Origin: a virus | Taxonomy: Duplodnaviria; Caudoviricetes | DNA length: 64,000 nucleotides | IMG/VR virus record: IMGVR_UViG_3300023175_000012 | Span: 32,001-96,000 of that record | Reading direction: 5' to 3' (one strand) | Shown here: positions 22,601-30,535 of the stretch, piece after piece | Position numbering within the stretch: the stretch's first letter is position 1 | Layout of the letters: each line of letters opens with the position of its first letter | Notes under the pieces: generated by a model | Told to the model about the DNA's origin: nothing | What the model saw: only the letters and a program-made list of their open reading frames with translations | The model's database searches: none | Program-made: the position numbers and the translations under genes

Positions 22601-25214
22601 CGTTAACAGTTAAGTCTTCTTGAATAATAACATCACTACTGTTAATTTGAACTTCGCCGGTACCGTTTGCATCTAAGTTTAAGTCTTGATTAGTGTTAAA
22701 TGCTTCTATTGTGTTGTTATTAATTCTTATTTCGTCAGTTTCTAAAGTTCCAAATGTCACAGTTCCAGCAATGTCTACATTTCCAGTCTGTAGTGTACTT
22801 TCGTTAATTAATAACCCGTTAACTCTTACTAATTCTTGTGTAGTAACTTCGCCTGTACCTGCAGCTCTTAATTCTAAATCGCTATTACTTTGTGTAGTAG
22901 TAATAAAATTATCATCAATTAGTATATTCTCTAGTTGGGCTTCTCCTTGAATGTCAAGATTTCCTTGGATATTAAAATCGTTAATACTAAAGTTTGTTGC
23001 TTCTAAGTCTGCATTACTTGTTAACACTTGTAGTGAAACATTTTGAAAAGTACTTGTTCCTAATGCTGTAAGTTGATTATTAATATTAACTTGATCTGTA
23101 ATATTAACTTTACCAGTTCCACTAGCTCTAAGTTCTAAGTCTGCATTCGATTCGTTTGAAGTAATATAATTTGTTTCTATAGTGACGCCGTCTATTTCTG
23201 CATCATTTACATAAGTCCAATTCCACCTTTTTGTTTCGTTACCTAAAGTAAAAGTTAAGTCTTGATTGGGTTCTAAATCTTGACTAAATTCTGTATTAAA
23301 CGTTACTGTGTCTGTAGGTTGATCGCCTGCTAATGAAAGTGTGCCATCAAACGTAAAGTTATCTGTAATGTCTAAATTACCTACAAGGTTAGTATTGCCG
23401 TTTAGATTTATAAAGGTACTAGCAGGACTGTCAATATTAATTTCGCCTGATAGGCTTTCAATTGTGTTGCCGCTAAATCTTATATTTTGATTTTGAACTT
23501 TATTGCCATCAATAATTGCAATATTTCCGTTAGTTGTAACAGTTAGTCCTGCTAATGCATTAACTGTAGATTCGTCAATAGTTAGTGTACTGTTACCAGT
23601 TTCTAGATCAACAAAAAACTGATCGCCTACTCTAAAATTTCCTAAATGGTCCGTAGAACTGTAATAAATTTTACCCGAGTTTAATTCAATAGTTTCATTT
23701 GTCTGTATAACTCTGCTAGGATCATTGTCTACAAATTTTCCAGATCCTATATAACCAAAGTTGTGTTGAATAAGATACATTAATGTATCAGCGCCATCTG
23801 CTTCAGCGCCTTTGTTACCGTATACGTTTGCTGAACCAATTGAGCGTAGTTCTGCACCGTACTTAATTGTACTTCCGTCTGTGCTTAAATGTCCTGTTGC
23901 ACCATTAACAGCATATAAACCTCTGTCTGCAAAATATGTAAATGAATTTAACCACTCTACCCTAACACCATTTGTCATTGTAAGTGCATCTACACCTGGT
24001 GTAATAAATGTTACAGCATGGAACAACATGCTTGCTTCATTGCTTGTACCTAATACACTTGCTCCGTCTACTAACGCACCTTTACCAGCATCGCCACTAG
24101 CATATCCTCTAGGATCGCTTGCACTAGTTGTGCTACCTTGTGTGCTTACTGTAACGTTTTGAACATAAGGACTACGTGTTGTAATTGTTGCATTAGGAGC
24201 AAATCTAAAAGCATAACCTGTGTCATTTACACTGTCATAAAAGAAATCTTTAATTGTAAAATTTGCTACGGTACTTTCGCCGTTAAGATGAAATATATCT
24301 GTAGAGCTTTGACTACTTGGCGGTGTAATAACTGTGTTTCTTAAATCGTGACCAACTACTGTAACACCTGCAGGAACAACAATTGGTGTAGATTCTTCGT
24401 ACTCTCCAGGAAATACATGGATAGTATCTCCTGCCGTTGCTTGCGTTACAGCATAATCAATAGTTTCAAATGGGTGTTGTACATGTGTACCAGTGTAGTC
24501 ATTGTCGCCATTTTTAGATACGTAATAAGTTTTACCTGGTCTATTATTAAGGTCAACTCCGCCTAATATAAAACTACTAGATTCAACAGCAACACCATTA
24601 ACAAGCCTAGTATTCAATTCTAACCAACGCTTGTTATACTTTCCTAAATCGTATACTTCTGTGACTGTAGGATCTATATTACTGTTTACATCAGTTTGAA
24701 ATGTTACAGTATCATTTAATGCTGTTGAATCATCACCGGTGTCGCCAAAAATAATGTTACCATCAAGAGTGATATTGCCTGTTGCATGTATATTACCGTC
24801 TGTATGTAGATCGCTGTAAACTTCTACACGACCCGTTCCGTTAGGACGTAGTTCTAAATTAGAATTGCTATTTGTAGTAGATATGTAATTATCATCTATA
24901 AAAATGTCGCCTGTTTTAGCGTTTGAAGATGTTATCTTATATCTAGCATCAAGAAATAATTGTCCCGGAAAAGGCTGTATTGTTGAGTTTTGAAAGTTTA
25001 TATTAGCAATATCTGCTTGTGTATCGCCGTATAATGTAGTAGTTCTAGTAGTATCTAAAACATGTAAATCGTTAGTAGGAGCATTATTTCTTATACCTAT
25101 TTTGCCATTATTAACATCAAGGTAAAGTAAGTCTGTTTCAAAGGCCAGATCAATGCCGTTTCTTTCTAGATTAGCGAATAATAGTGGTCCTGAGATTCTA
25201 CCTACTTGCGACAT
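19674..25214 (-). CDS. Giant repeat-rich virion fibre-like protein (1846 aa)
   Basis: Starts MSQVGRISGPLL; same LELRA[SN]GTG repeats and NGVRVEWLNSFTYFA core as 13878..19532; AATAAATA box (25233-25240) and AGGAG upstream. Confidence 0.75.
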   Translation of the reverse strand: MSQVGRISGPLLFANLERNGIDLAFETDLLYLDVNNGKIGIRNNAPTNDLHVLDTTRTTTLYGDTQADIANINFQNSTIQPFPGQLFLDARYKITSSNAKTGDIFIDDNYISTTNSNSNLELRPNGTGRVEVYSDLHTDGNIHATGNITLDGNIIFGDTGDDSTALNDTVTFQTDVNSNIDPTVTEVYDLGKYNKRWLELNTRLVNGVAVESSSFILGGVDLNNRPGKTYYVSKNGDNDYTGTHVQHPFETIDYAVTQATAGDTIHVFPGEYEESTPIVVPAGVTVVGHDLRNTVITPPSSQSSTDIFHLNGESTVANFTIKDFFYDSVNDTGYAFRFAPNATITTRSPYVQNVTVSTQGSTTSASDPRGYASGDAGKGALVDGASVLGTSNEASMLFHAVTFITPGVDALTMTNGVRVEWLNSFTYFADRGLYAVNGATGHLSTDGSTIKYGAELRSIGSANVYGNKGAEADGADTLMYLIQHNFGYIGSGKFVDNDPSRVIQTNETIELNSGKIYYSSTDHLGNFRVGDQFFVDLETGNSTLTIDESTVNALAGLTVTTNGNIAIIDGNKVQNQNIRFSGNTIESLSGEINIDSPASTFINLNGNTNLVGNLDITDNFTFDGTLSLAGDQPTDTVTFNTEFSQDLEPNQDLTFTLGNETKRWNWTYVNDAEIDGVTIETNYITSNESNADLELRASGTGKVNITDQVNINNQLTALGTSTFQNVSLQVLTSNADLEATNFSINDFNIQGNLDIQGEAQLENILIDDNFITTTQSNSDLELRAAGTGEVTTQELVRVNGLLINESTLQTGNVDIAGTVTFGTLETDEIRINNNTIEAFNTNQDLNLDANGTGEVQINSSDVIIQEDLTVNGNTTLQGTDITGSLVHSGNLTQTGNYNIAGEISNGNILIEDNFITTTNSNSDLELRASGTGEVLIPNNDVQVNNNFTVTGASDFQDVTVNGTFLPGFSYQTGDRSFNGNLTISQNLDVTGFAQFEEILVDDNFITTTTSNTDLELRASGTGKVLIPNNNVVINNNLTVNDANVVNVTVAQDILLNEIVIPPSIIEIDDNFISTKVSNESLDLRANGSGNILYVDNTTISNNLNVNGQTNTENIEITGTTNIVGNTNFAQDYNLTGQLTTDKLVLTENYQDFERVGIHGNKITSQETNTDLELRASGTGRVVIDNATFDRNVTVNDLNANNIIADQSFEAALIDSENIEAFGNVVTTTLSNSDLELRANGTGQVIVDNASLNISNNFTVNDQTVINDDTTVTGSLNINGDTVRTGNSTVTLTSDYTINGALTVDRKTDLGDWTIDGNVLEYTQTGDVVLDTAGTGDVVFTDTVVSRDMSAASASFGSLRILDSVALENMVSSTDIEIFDNVITTTNSNSNLELRAAGNVEIDNNFSVTGTSQIDGTTSLQGTEINAPITVNANIIQTGNRDITGDYSATNLIVDRRTDLGNFTFEDSTILNNNIGDMTITGSGTGNVVIEQGRADKNLTATSATSNGFFIEKAVAANKFIVTDDIEIFQNVITTTNSNSNLELRTSGSGEIYLEGIRALDSTLQTFSGNDLTITSNEILFDSTHSIQIPIGDSSQRIVASVATIVLDGGNGVNDPQPITVDGGDAVTVFGPTDTFYDGGTSLEPNGNAGDIRFNTDYGLFEGFSQANQYFGGVFSEDAQTNVQALNDEVEFRVAGTKVGSVAYDGVNISTSLKTANITISNNIVTSENNTALQLVPNGAGTVKMFDNMSFDDNKIKNLANDDGLHIVTTDNGYVKIDTQVSGIVLPTGDNSTRDATPVVGEIRYNTEAPGAEIWNGTEWVSVAGDTGDADAIVLGEAFDEWTLILG
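22420..22520. repeat. 101 bp near-identical dispersed repeat, copy 2
   Basis: Matches 16540..16640 with 3 substitutions. Confidence 0.85.
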
Positions 25215-25243
25215 TTAAAGTTCTCCTACTTGTATTTATTGGA

Positions 25244-25774
25244 TTACTTGTCGAAGTTATGTAGTACAGTTACTGGCTTATTAAGGTCTGGTGCTGATGT
25301 AAATTTAAGATACCAACCATCAGCGTATGGAGCATTAGGGCCTGTTAAACTTCCGCTAACGCTTTGTTCTAATGTATAGTTTGTTGTGCTTATTTGAAAC
25401 ACGTTTTCAACAAATACTAGAACGTTTTGTGCGGCTACTGGAACCGGATATTCAGGATCGTTGCTTGCTAATGGGCCGAATACTGTTTCTGACGCATCGC
25501 CATTACCTAAGCTCTGTTGGGTTATTCCAACGCCAACCGGGGCTACAGCTCTAACACCGCGCCAGGCTCCGTTTTCATACACTTCAAATCTAGTATCATC
25601 TGTATTATATCTAAAGTGTCCTTCTTCAGGATTTGCTGGTCGCTGAGCTGTAGTACCTTTGGGCACACGTATACTATTAGTACTTTCCATATAGACTTGA
25701 TCGTCTACATCAAACTGTACTCCTCTTCCGTAAATTGTTCTACGGTTTGTATTTTGTGCCTTCAATAATCTCAT
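25244..25774 (-). CDS. Virion structural protein (176 aa)
   Basis: Contains VPKGTTAQRP...GHFRYNTDDTRFEVYENGAW, the same fibre-type motif as the C-termini of the giant proteins. Confidence 0.7.
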   Translation of the reverse strand: MRLLKAQNTNRRTIYGRGVQFDVDDQVYMESTNSIRVPKGTTAQRPANPEEGHFRYNTDDTRFEVYENGAWRGVRAVAPVGVGITQQSLGNGDASETVFGPLASNDPEYPVPVAAQNVLVFVENVFQISTTNYTLEQSVSGSLTGPNAPYADGWYLKFTSAPDLNKPVTVLHNFDK

Positions 25775-26145
25775 TATGTAATTTCCAAATAACTAACTGT
25801 GCAAGCAAGTCTTCCTGTTCCGCTTGCTGACGGTCCTCCGTTAATTTGAACAGAGTCGCCTGCGTCTAATACTATTTTTTCTGTATCTAATGTAAATGTT
25901 TCGCCTGCTGGTAATGACAAGCGTCTAACTACAGATGTAATAGTGTCACTGTATGATCCGTTTGATGGAACAAAATGTAAATCAAATTCACAAGTTTCGT
26001 TTTCTGGATTAGACGCACTTGGGTCATAAGTATTGCAAACTAAAATATTAGTAATAGCATATGACTTATTAGCAGGAACAGTTAACATAATGTGTCTATA
26101 ATCTCCGCCACCTTGATCAATTATTGCTGTATTAACTATTGCCAT
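25774..26145 (-). CDS. Small virion protein (123 aa)
   Basis: Translationally coupled ORF with AAGGAA RBS; resembles 13545..13874. Confidence 0.65.
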   Translation of the reverse strand: MAIVNTAIIDQGGGDYRHIMLTVPANKSYAITNILVCNTYDPSASNPENETCEFDLHFVPSNGSYSDTITSVVRRLSLPAGETFTLDTEKIVLDAGDSVQINGGPSASGTGRLACTVSYLEIT

Positions 26146-26154
26146 ATTATTTCC

Positions 26155-27168
26155 TTAAAAGAGCATACTATAAACTAGTGCTCTATTTCTACTTATAATT
26201 TCATCTCGTTGGTTTTGTGCATTTACGAAATACATACCTGTGCCTGCTGATTGAGATGGTTTAGCATACAACAGTATTCCGTCATCTGGTTCTACTGGAT
26301 CGGTTATTCCGTCAACACCTTCGTGTGGAGTATAACCTAATCTTAAGTTGTCGTCAACTACAACATGTCCGGTACCAGTTGCACTTAATATTAAATCTTC
26401 TTGACTTGTACCAAGTGTTTTAATTTCAGTACCATGAACAGTTTGTTCAATACGTATTCCATGTGTATCAGTCCAAGTTGCTCTAACATCTTGAACTAAG
26501 TTACCGTCAACAACAGTTTCTGCTCTACTAGGACCCGAAACACTGTCATCATACACATGTACCTTAGTATCGCCTACTTGAACTCTGTTAGGTACAACAG
26601 TACCAAAGAAGTTAAAGATAGCATCATCTACATATTTTTTGTTAGGTATATGGTCGTCATCAGTAACTCGTTGCTCATAGTTTGCTGTTCCTGTAACAGT
26701 AACAACTCCGGGGTTTGCTGTACTTACACCTGATAATGTATATCTACCAAGTAAGTTTAAATCTACGCCCGGTGTTGTAATACTTACAGTTTCAATGCCT
26801 CCGATTCTACCTCCTGGGTATCTCGATGACCAAGCACCTTTATCAACTGTGCCTCCGTTAGCTGTATCTGTCCAAGTTACATTTTCTACAAATAAGAATT
26901 GAGCGTCTTGTATTGTACCCCTATCAACACGAATACCGGAAGCGCCATCTCTAGTAATGCCGTTTCCGGTTTCGCCTTTGTTAAGTTCAATGATATTGTC
27001 TTCAACAACAGTGTTGACTGTATCAAGAGTAGTAGTAGTGCCTTCAACAACTAGGTTGCCGGTGATGTAAACATCTCCAACTTCCGTACCTGTATCAAGT
27101 GTAATTCTACCACCTTCTTTAACAACTACTCTGTAGTTGCCGTCAGCTACTCTTAAATACTTGTCCAT
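26155..27168 (-). CDS. Virion structural protein (337 aa)
   Basis: Beta-rich ITGNLVVEGTTTT...EDNIIELNKGE and HIPNKKYVDD motifs typical of phage fibre or structural proteins. Confidence 0.65.
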   Translation of the reverse strand: MDKYLRVADGNYRVVVKEGGRITLDTGTEVGDVYITGNLVVEGTTTTLDTVNTVVEDNIIELNKGETGNGITRDGASGIRVDRGTIQDAQFLFVENVTWTDTANGGTVDKGAWSSRYPGGRIGGIETVSITTPGVDLNLLGRYTLSGVSTANPGVVTVTGTANYEQRVTDDDHIPNKKYVDDAIFNFFGTVVPNRVQVGDTKVHVYDDSVSGPSRAETVVDGNLVQDVRATWTDTHGIRIEQTVHGTEIKTLGTSQEDLILSATGTGHVVVDDNLRLGYTPHEGVDGITDPVEPDDGILLYAKPSQSAGTGMYFVNAQNQRDEIISRNRALVYSMLF

Positions 27169-27180
27169 AAGTTATTATCC

Positions 27181-27636
27181 TTATGCGTCTTCAGTGAAGT
27201 CGTCGTCGTCAGTACCAAGTAGTACGTCATCATCACCAGCTTCTTCAACTTGTACAGCACCGTCAACAGCACTTACTGTGAAGTTCCATGGAATCGATTG
27301 TCCGTTTAATGCATTCGAACCTGTTGCACTGTGAGCAATGATAGTTGCCTTACGTCCTGAAATTTTACTAACGCCGTAAGTTTCACCGTCATCACCTTTA
27401 ACACTGATGCACATTTCTTCGCCTGTTAAAGCAGCAGGTAATTTTCCTGTAGTTAAAAAACGATCGTATGTAGTTCCTGGTGTGCCAATTGCGGCAACAC
27501 GAAACTTTTTAGATCCTAATTGTTTTACAATGTAGCCTTCTAGAACAGCTGATGTGCCATCATAGAAATCTACTTTGATTTCATTGCCACCTGCTGTAGC
27601 AGGTCCAAAGTATCTTTTATTAAGTGGTCTTCCCAT
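27181..27636 (-). CDS. Hypothetical late (likely structural) protein (151 aa)
   Basis: Starts MGRPLNKRYFG; strong AGGAG RBS; first gene after a late-promoter box. Confidence 0.7.
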   Translation of the reverse strand: MGRPLNKRYFGPATAGGNEIKVDFYDGTSAVLEGYIVKQLGSKKFRVAAIGTPGTTYDRFLTTGKLPAALTGEEMCISVKGDDGETYGVSKISGRKATIIAHSATGSNALNGQSIPWNFTVSAVDGAVQVEEAGDDDVLLGTDDDDFTEDA

Positions 27637-27738
27637 TTGTTTTCTCCTATAAAGTAGTCCTATCCGGGTTCTATCCGGTACGCTGTGGGTAACAGCATAA
27701 GTCCGCCTTGCGGCACACTATCTGACACAAGTATTTAT
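27637..27738 (-). promoter_or_regulatory. Late promoter (GATAAATA) with ~90 nt structured 5' leader
   Basis: ATAAATA at 27738..27732; hairpins GCC-GCAA-GGC, UGCUGU/ACAGCG and CCGG/CCGG precede the RBS. Confidence 0.55.
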
Positions 27739-27749
27739 CAAATAAGAAG

Positions 27750-27773
27750 AAAGCCCGCACAGTGGCGGGCTTT
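27750..27773 (-). terminator. Intrinsic terminator closing the upstream ncRNA
   Basis: AAAGCCCGC-6nt-GCGGGCTTT followed by CTTCTTATTT on minus strand. Confidence 0.8.
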
Positions 27774-27775
27774 AA

Positions 27776-27995
27776 GAATAAGCAAAATAGGTAGGACTCG
27801 GTTACACCTACAAGCCACGGACCAAATACCATTTCATCTCCGCGACAACCTGCTTCCGCTCGGTAGAGCGATGTGACATTGCCTGTTTCCAGTACAACAC
27901 CTGGGTACCACCCCTAAACAGTCAAGTTCGACGCTCTGGTAAACGCCTCTTCCTTGCACTATAAACATTGACTAGCTAAGTCTTTGTTGCTTATG
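27776..27995 (-). ncRNA. Unidentified ~220 nt structured ncRNA
   Basis: Bounded by a sigma70-type promoter and a terminator; ends pair (AUAAGCAA/UUGCUUAU); several internal stems; GC-rich relative to flanks; no credible ORF. Confidence 0.65.
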
Positions 27996-28000
27996 TTATT

Positions 28001-28028
28001 AATATAACATCTTTAAAATAAAAGTCAA
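28001..28028 (-). promoter_or_regulatory. Sigma70-type (early) promoter driving the ncRNA
   Basis: TTGACT-16 nt-TATATT with extended -10 TG; same GTGGTTGAC context as the gp47 promoter. Confidence 0.6.
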
Positions 28029-28110
28029 CCACTTTTTATGAAAAATTAATGATTTTCTGCAAGATTTTTGTCAAAAAGTGTGTTTAAATAATAATTGAAA
28101 GGAGATTGTT

Positions 28111-28182
28111 ATGTGGACAAAACCTAGCTATACAGAAATGCGTTTTGGCTTTGAAGTTACAATGTATGTAATGAACAAGTAA
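28111..28182 (+). CDS. pqqA: Pyrroloquinoline quinone precursor peptide PqqA (23 aa, MWTKPSYTEMRFGFEVTMYVMNK)
   Basis: Hand translation; W-x-K-P leader and G-x-E-V-T-x-Y core with the Glu-x3-Tyr pair; AAGGAG RBS 6 nt upstream; TTAAATA box at 28084-28090; terminator downstream. Confidence 0.92.
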   Translation: MWTKPSYTEMRFGFEVTMYVMNK

Positions 28183-28192
28183 AACCGTAGTC

Positions 28193-28222
28193 AAAAAAAT
28201 AGGGCCCTAAGGCCCTATTTTC
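28193..28222. terminator. Bidirectional intrinsic terminator between pqqA and the major capsid gene
   Basis: AAAATAGGGCC-ctaa-GGCCCTATTTT, with an A-run on the left and a T-run on the right. Confidence 0.85.
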
Positions 28223-28238
28223 TCGTTTTAAGTAAAAC

Positions 28239-29417
28239 TTAGCTAAAGCTCACGCTTCCGTTAGTAATCGCAACTTTACCTAAGTAATCTGCTGCGTTAC
28301 CAAGTGATGAAGCTGTGTTTGATAGCTCAACGTAACCATATCTGGTCATAAATGACACAGTTGGCTCGAATGTTGCTGGATCAAGCACAACACCACTTGA
28401 CATTAGTGGAATGTATGGGCAATAGAACGCTGGTGCGTCTGATTCACTTGAACCCTTATAACCAACAAGTACTGGTGCATCGTCTGCACTGTATGTGTTG
28501 ACGTACACTTTCATTGCGTTATTCAATGTACCAACCATTTTAGTGTTAGTTGGTGCTTCGAATGTACCTTCAGTTGTTCTTGCGAACGCAGAAGTTGTAG
28601 CACTTTGTAGAATTGTTAACGCAAATGGGCTAACAACAGCGTAGTTACCTGCGCCTCTACGTGTACGCTGTGCAATCAAGTTTGCAACTCTGTTGATTTG
28701 AACAGCTAATGCAGCATGCTCGTCACCAACGAATGTTGCTGTACCTGATACAGCACTTTGGTCATATGTTTCAGCAGCATTACCAGCTAGGCTGTTTAGG
28801 CTTGCTAAAACTTCTTGGTCAATCTCAGCGGTAATTTCTTGTGCTAATGCAGCCATAATTTCTGCTTCAACATCAATACCGTGCATTGATTGTGCATCCT
28901 GTGCAGCTTCAAAAGTCCAACGAGCTGATAGCTTTCTGGATTTAGCTTCTACAGTTTGCTTTAAGATTTGGATGGACAATTTACGTCCAGCTTGACCTTC
29001 TAAAGCTGCTGTTGTAGCGGCTTTATCGTCAGCTGCACCGGAATATCCTTCCGCAATCTTGAATGGGCTAAGTGCCTCTTCACCTGCTACAGTATCAGTT
29101 CCGCTTGTGCTATCAAAAGCTTCAGCGTAACGAACACGTAGAGTGTGGATTTGGCCAACTGGGCCAGTCATTGGTTGAACACCAACTAGCTCGTTAGCAA
29201 TAACAGTTGGCATAACACGTCTGATAACTGGTAGGATTACACGGTTTAGTGTAGCTACGTTACCAGCGGATGTTGCTCCAGCTGTTGCACTCTCAGACAA
29301 ATACTTACGAGTGTTTTCTAGTGTGGCAGCCATTACCGCCTTCTTGTTACCGTCCAGGCCTTCAAGAAGAGCGTCTTTGGTTTCTGTCCAGCGACTTTCT
29401 AATAGTTCTGACATCAT
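28239..29417 (-). CDS. gp23: Major capsid protein (T4 gp23-like)
   Basis: GVQPMTGPVGQI, VEAKSRKLSARWTFEAAQD, EITAEIDQE, FYCPYIPL and FMTRYG gp23 motifs. Confidence 0.95.
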   Translation of the reverse strand: MMSELLESRWTETKDALLEGLDGNKKAVMAATLENTRKYLSESATAGATSAGNVATLNRVILPVIRRVMPTVIANELVGVQPMTGPVGQIHTLRVRYAEAFDSTSGTDTVAGEEALSPFKIAEGYSGAADDKAATTAALEGQAGRKLSIQILKQTVEAKSRKLSARWTFEAAQDAQSMHGIDVEAEIMAALAQEITAEIDQEVLASLNSLAGNAAETYDQSAVSGTATFVGDEHAALAVQINRVANLIAQRTRRGAGNYAVVSPFALTILQSATTSAFARTTEGTFEAPTNTKMVGTLNNAMKVYVNTYSADDAPVLVGYKGSSESDAPAFYCPYIPLMSSGVVLDPATFEPTVSFMTRYGYVELSNTASSLGNAADYLGKVAITNGSVSFS

Positions 29418-29424
29418 TTTCTCC

Positions 29425-30519
29425 TTATTTAATTCCAGCTAGACGGCGTATATCAAGTACTTTTGACTCGTCTGCTTTGATATGTGTCGTGTTTTCTTTT
29501 CTGTTGCCTGTAACTTCTGTTGCCTCTGATAATATAGCCTTACGCTTTGCTGGAGCCTGGCCATCGATAACTGATGGTAAGTACTTGTCAAATGATTTTT
29601 GAAGTCTATCTGTTTGTACTGATTCCAGTAAGTCTGTCATAATCTCTTGCTGATCTCTGCTCAATGGAGCAATTAGACCACGCATGATCTTTTCGCGGTT
29701 TGCTGATTCTACAAGTTTATTGTTTTCTGCCTTTTGAGCTTCTGCAATATTCTTTGCTTTTTCAGCAAATGCTTTTGCTTCTGCAAGTTGCTTGTCTTTC
29801 AACTCAACAACTTTTAGTAACTTAGCACTTTCGCTTTTTTCATTTAGGTAGCTATTTGAATACTCATTGCTGAATGCTTCAAATATTTTGCGCCCAAAAT
29901 CATTTCTTCGTGCTTCTTCAATATCTTCTTTAAGTTGAGTAATTTCTCCTTTAAGGACTTTATCAACTGTTTCTGATACCGCTGTAGCACTTCTTTCAAT
30001 AAAGTTAGATTTAACCTTCTTGAAGTGTTCTTTAGCTTCACGTACTAAACGTACTTTCGTTTCTGCTAAATCTTTTTTATCTTCATAGAACTCTGCAATT
30101 TCTTTAGAAAGAGCTTCAACTACAAATTCTTCCAACTGAGCGGCTTTAATAGCCATTGCTTTTTTGTCTTCGTGTAGTTCGCTTACTTCTTTTTGTAGCT
30201 GCTCTAAAACAAAATTCTTCATTAGGTCTGCGTTTTCGCGCATTGCTATTGCATATTTTGCTTTTGCTTCAGCTAGTTGTTTACGATCATCTGCAAACTC
30301 TGAAATTTCTTCAATTAGCTTTTCAGACAACATTGCATCGATTGCTTCAACCATAGTTGATTTATCATGCTCGTATTTTTTAGCGAATTCTTCACGAAGT
30401 TCAGCTGTAACTTGTTGACGATTCTCGTTGATCTTCGCTTCCCAAGCTTCTTGTATTTCTGCTTTTACTTCTTCAGAAAGTGCTGTGCTCTCGAAGAGTG
30501 ATTTTAATGCTTCCAACAT
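29425..30519 (-). CDS. gp22: Prohead scaffold/core protein (T4 gp22-like)
   Basis: E/K-rich coiled coil lying between the protease and capsid genes; ends RRLAGIK. Confidence 0.8.
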   Translation of the reverse strand: MLEALKSLFESTALSEEVKAEIQEAWEAKINENRQQVTAELREEFAKKYEHDKSTMVEAIDAMLSEKLIEEISEFADDRKQLAEAKAKYAIAMRENADLMKNFVLEQLQKEVSELHEDKKAMAIKAAQLEEFVVEALSKEIAEFYEDKKDLAETKVRLVREAKEHFKKVKSNFIERSATAVSETVDKVLKGEITQLKEDIEEARRNDFGRKIFEAFSNEYSNSYLNEKSESAKLLKVVELKDKQLAEAKAFAEKAKNIAEAQKAENNKLVESANREKIMRGLIAPLSRDQQEIMTDLLESVQTDRLQKSFDKYLPSVIDGQAPAKRKAILSEATEVTGNRKENTTHIKADESKVLDIRRLAGIK

Positions 30520-30535
30520 ATTATTTTCTCCTCAT

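Noticed and set aside
74-25768. Numerous plus-strand ORFs (e.g. 74..487, 14620..15249, 16072..16698, 18082..18516)
   Set aside because: Antisense shadows of long minus-strand genes caused by codon bias; no RBS or recognisable motifs.
27685-27876. 63 aa plus-strand ORF
   Set aside because: Crosses a terminator, a late promoter and structured RNA elements of the opposite strand; no RBS.
27776-27995. tRNA, tmRNA or RNase P identity for the ncRNA
   Set aside because: No cloverleaf or CCA end, no tmRNA termini or tag ORF, and no RNase P GAGGAAAGUCC core that I could find by eye.
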